Shown here piece after piece: positions 23,201 through 24,203 of a stretch of DNA of 24,203 nt. The translations under genes and the position numbers were made by a program. The notes under the pieces are model-generated. The model was not told the origin of the DNA and did not search any database. It saw nothing but the letters and a program-made list of their open reading frames with translations. Source of the DNA: an uncultured Clostridia bacterium (GTDB lineage: Bacteria > Bacillota > Clostridia > Oscillospirales > CAG-272); the NCBI GenBank assembly GCA_946641795.1, contig CAMPBZ010000001.1, forward strand, positions 1 through 24,203, written 5' to 3'. Every line of letters starts with the position of its first letter. The stretch's first letter is position 1.

Positions 23201-24203
23201 ATGAATATTGCAAAACAAAAAACAGACCCGACAAAGATGACCGAGGGGCCGTTGCTGGTCAAAATCCTTCTTTTCACCCTGCCGGTCATGCTGACCAACC
23301 TGTTGCAAACCTTTTACAACGCGGCGGATATGATGGTGGTCAGCCTTTCGGCCGAGGAAAATGCCGTTGGCGCCATTGGCACCACCGGGGCGATGATCAA
23401 CCTTGTGCTGAATATTTTTATGGGGCTTTCCATTGGCGCAAACGTGATTGTTGCCCGGCGGATCGGCGCCGGGGATAGCCGCGGCGTTTCCCGCGCCGTT
23501 CACACCTCGCTCATTGCGGGGCTGGCGCTCGGCGTTCTCGGCATTGGCGTCGGAATGCCGGTTGCCCGTCCGCTCCTCTCCTTTTTGGGCGCGCGCAGCG
23601 ACCTTTTGGATCTTGCCGTTCTCTATACGCGCATCTATTTCATCGGCCTGCCCTTCATTTCGCTGACCAACTTTCTGATCTCGATTTTCCGCGCGAAAGG
23701 CGACACCCGCACGCCCTTCCGCGTTTTGACAATTTCGGGGCTTTTCAATGTGGGGTTCAACCTCTTTTTCGTTCTGGTCATGAACCTTTCGGTGGAGGGC
23801 GTTGCAATGGCAACGACGGGCTCCAACCTGCTTTCCACCCTTCTGCTGCTCTGGCAGCTTTCCAAATGCCGGGGCTCCTGCCGCTTTTCCTTCCGGCGGC
23901 TGCGGTTTGACCTTCGCGCACTGCGCGATATGGCGCTGGTAGGGTTTCCCGCCAGCTTGCAGGGCGTGCTCTTCTCCATTTCCAACATGACCATACAATC
24001 CTCCATTCTGCAAGTCAACAACACCGTAGTGCCGGCGGGCGAGAGCTTTCAGCCCATTGTCAGCGGCAACGCCGCCGCGGGAAATTTGGAAGGATTTGCC
24101 TACACCGCCACCAACGCGGTTTACCAGGCGTCCATCACCTTTACCGGGCAGAACGCCGGCGCGGGAAAATACCGCCGCGTTTGGCGCGTGATGGGTTGCT
24201 GTT
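23201..24203 (+). CDS. MATE-family efflux transporter, partial (runs off the window)
   Basis: My translation MTEGPLLVKILLFTLPVMLTNLLQTFYNAADMMVV..AVGAIG..GANVIVARRIGA, later FRAKGDTRTPF. The frame stays open to the window end; the start could be 23237. Confidence 0.93.
   Translation, partial: MNIAKQKTDPTKMTEGPLLVKILLFTLPVMLTNLLQTFYNAADMMVVSLSAEENAVGAIGTTGAMINLVLNIFMGLSIGANVIVARRIGAGDSRGVSRAVHTSLIAGLALGVLGIGVGMPVARPLLSFLGARSDLLDLAVLYTRIYFIGLPFISLTNFLISIFRAKGDTRTPFRVLTISGLFNVGFNLFFVLVMNLSVEGVAMATTGSNLLSTLLLLWQLSKCRGSCRFSFRRLRFDLRALRDMALVGFPASLQGVLFSISNMTIQSSILQVNNTVVPAGESFQPIVSGNAAAGNLEGFAYTATNAVYQASITFTGQNAGAGKYRRVWRVMGCC

Overview
A 24.2-kb window from a GC-rich Firmicute (Clostridia-like) chromosome; the lineage is inferred from gene content and SD/sigma-A promoter style. 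The left 6 kb is accessory. It starts with the 3' end of a tRNA-Leu and an initiator tRNA-Met, followed by a tandem array of tRNA-Met 3' ends, terminators and structured spacers. One array unit is interrupted in its T-loop by an AT-rich cassette encoding a MuF-motif barnase toxin and barstar. Next come two ORF-less promoter-hairpin-terminator units (candidate small RNAs) and a WYL1-like protein of the Cas13d accessory family, with no CRISPR-Cas in the window. A divergent DUF6847/DIP1984-like coiled-coil gene is followed by a structured non-coding tract with 7-nt periodicity, then a soluble FtsH-like AAA+ ATPase lacking the HEXXH motif. The remainder holds a sigma-region-4 HTH protein, a geranylgeranyl-reductase-family oxidoreductase, an InlB-B-repeat lipoprotein with a Zn-motif membrane protein, and a small RHH/XRE/XRE regulator cluster. 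It also holds an OmpR/histidine kinase pair, a GldA/GldF/2xGldG/DUF4340 ABC operon, an M23 peptidase, an ECF S component and the start of a MATE transporter. All family calls come from motif recognition, not database searches.
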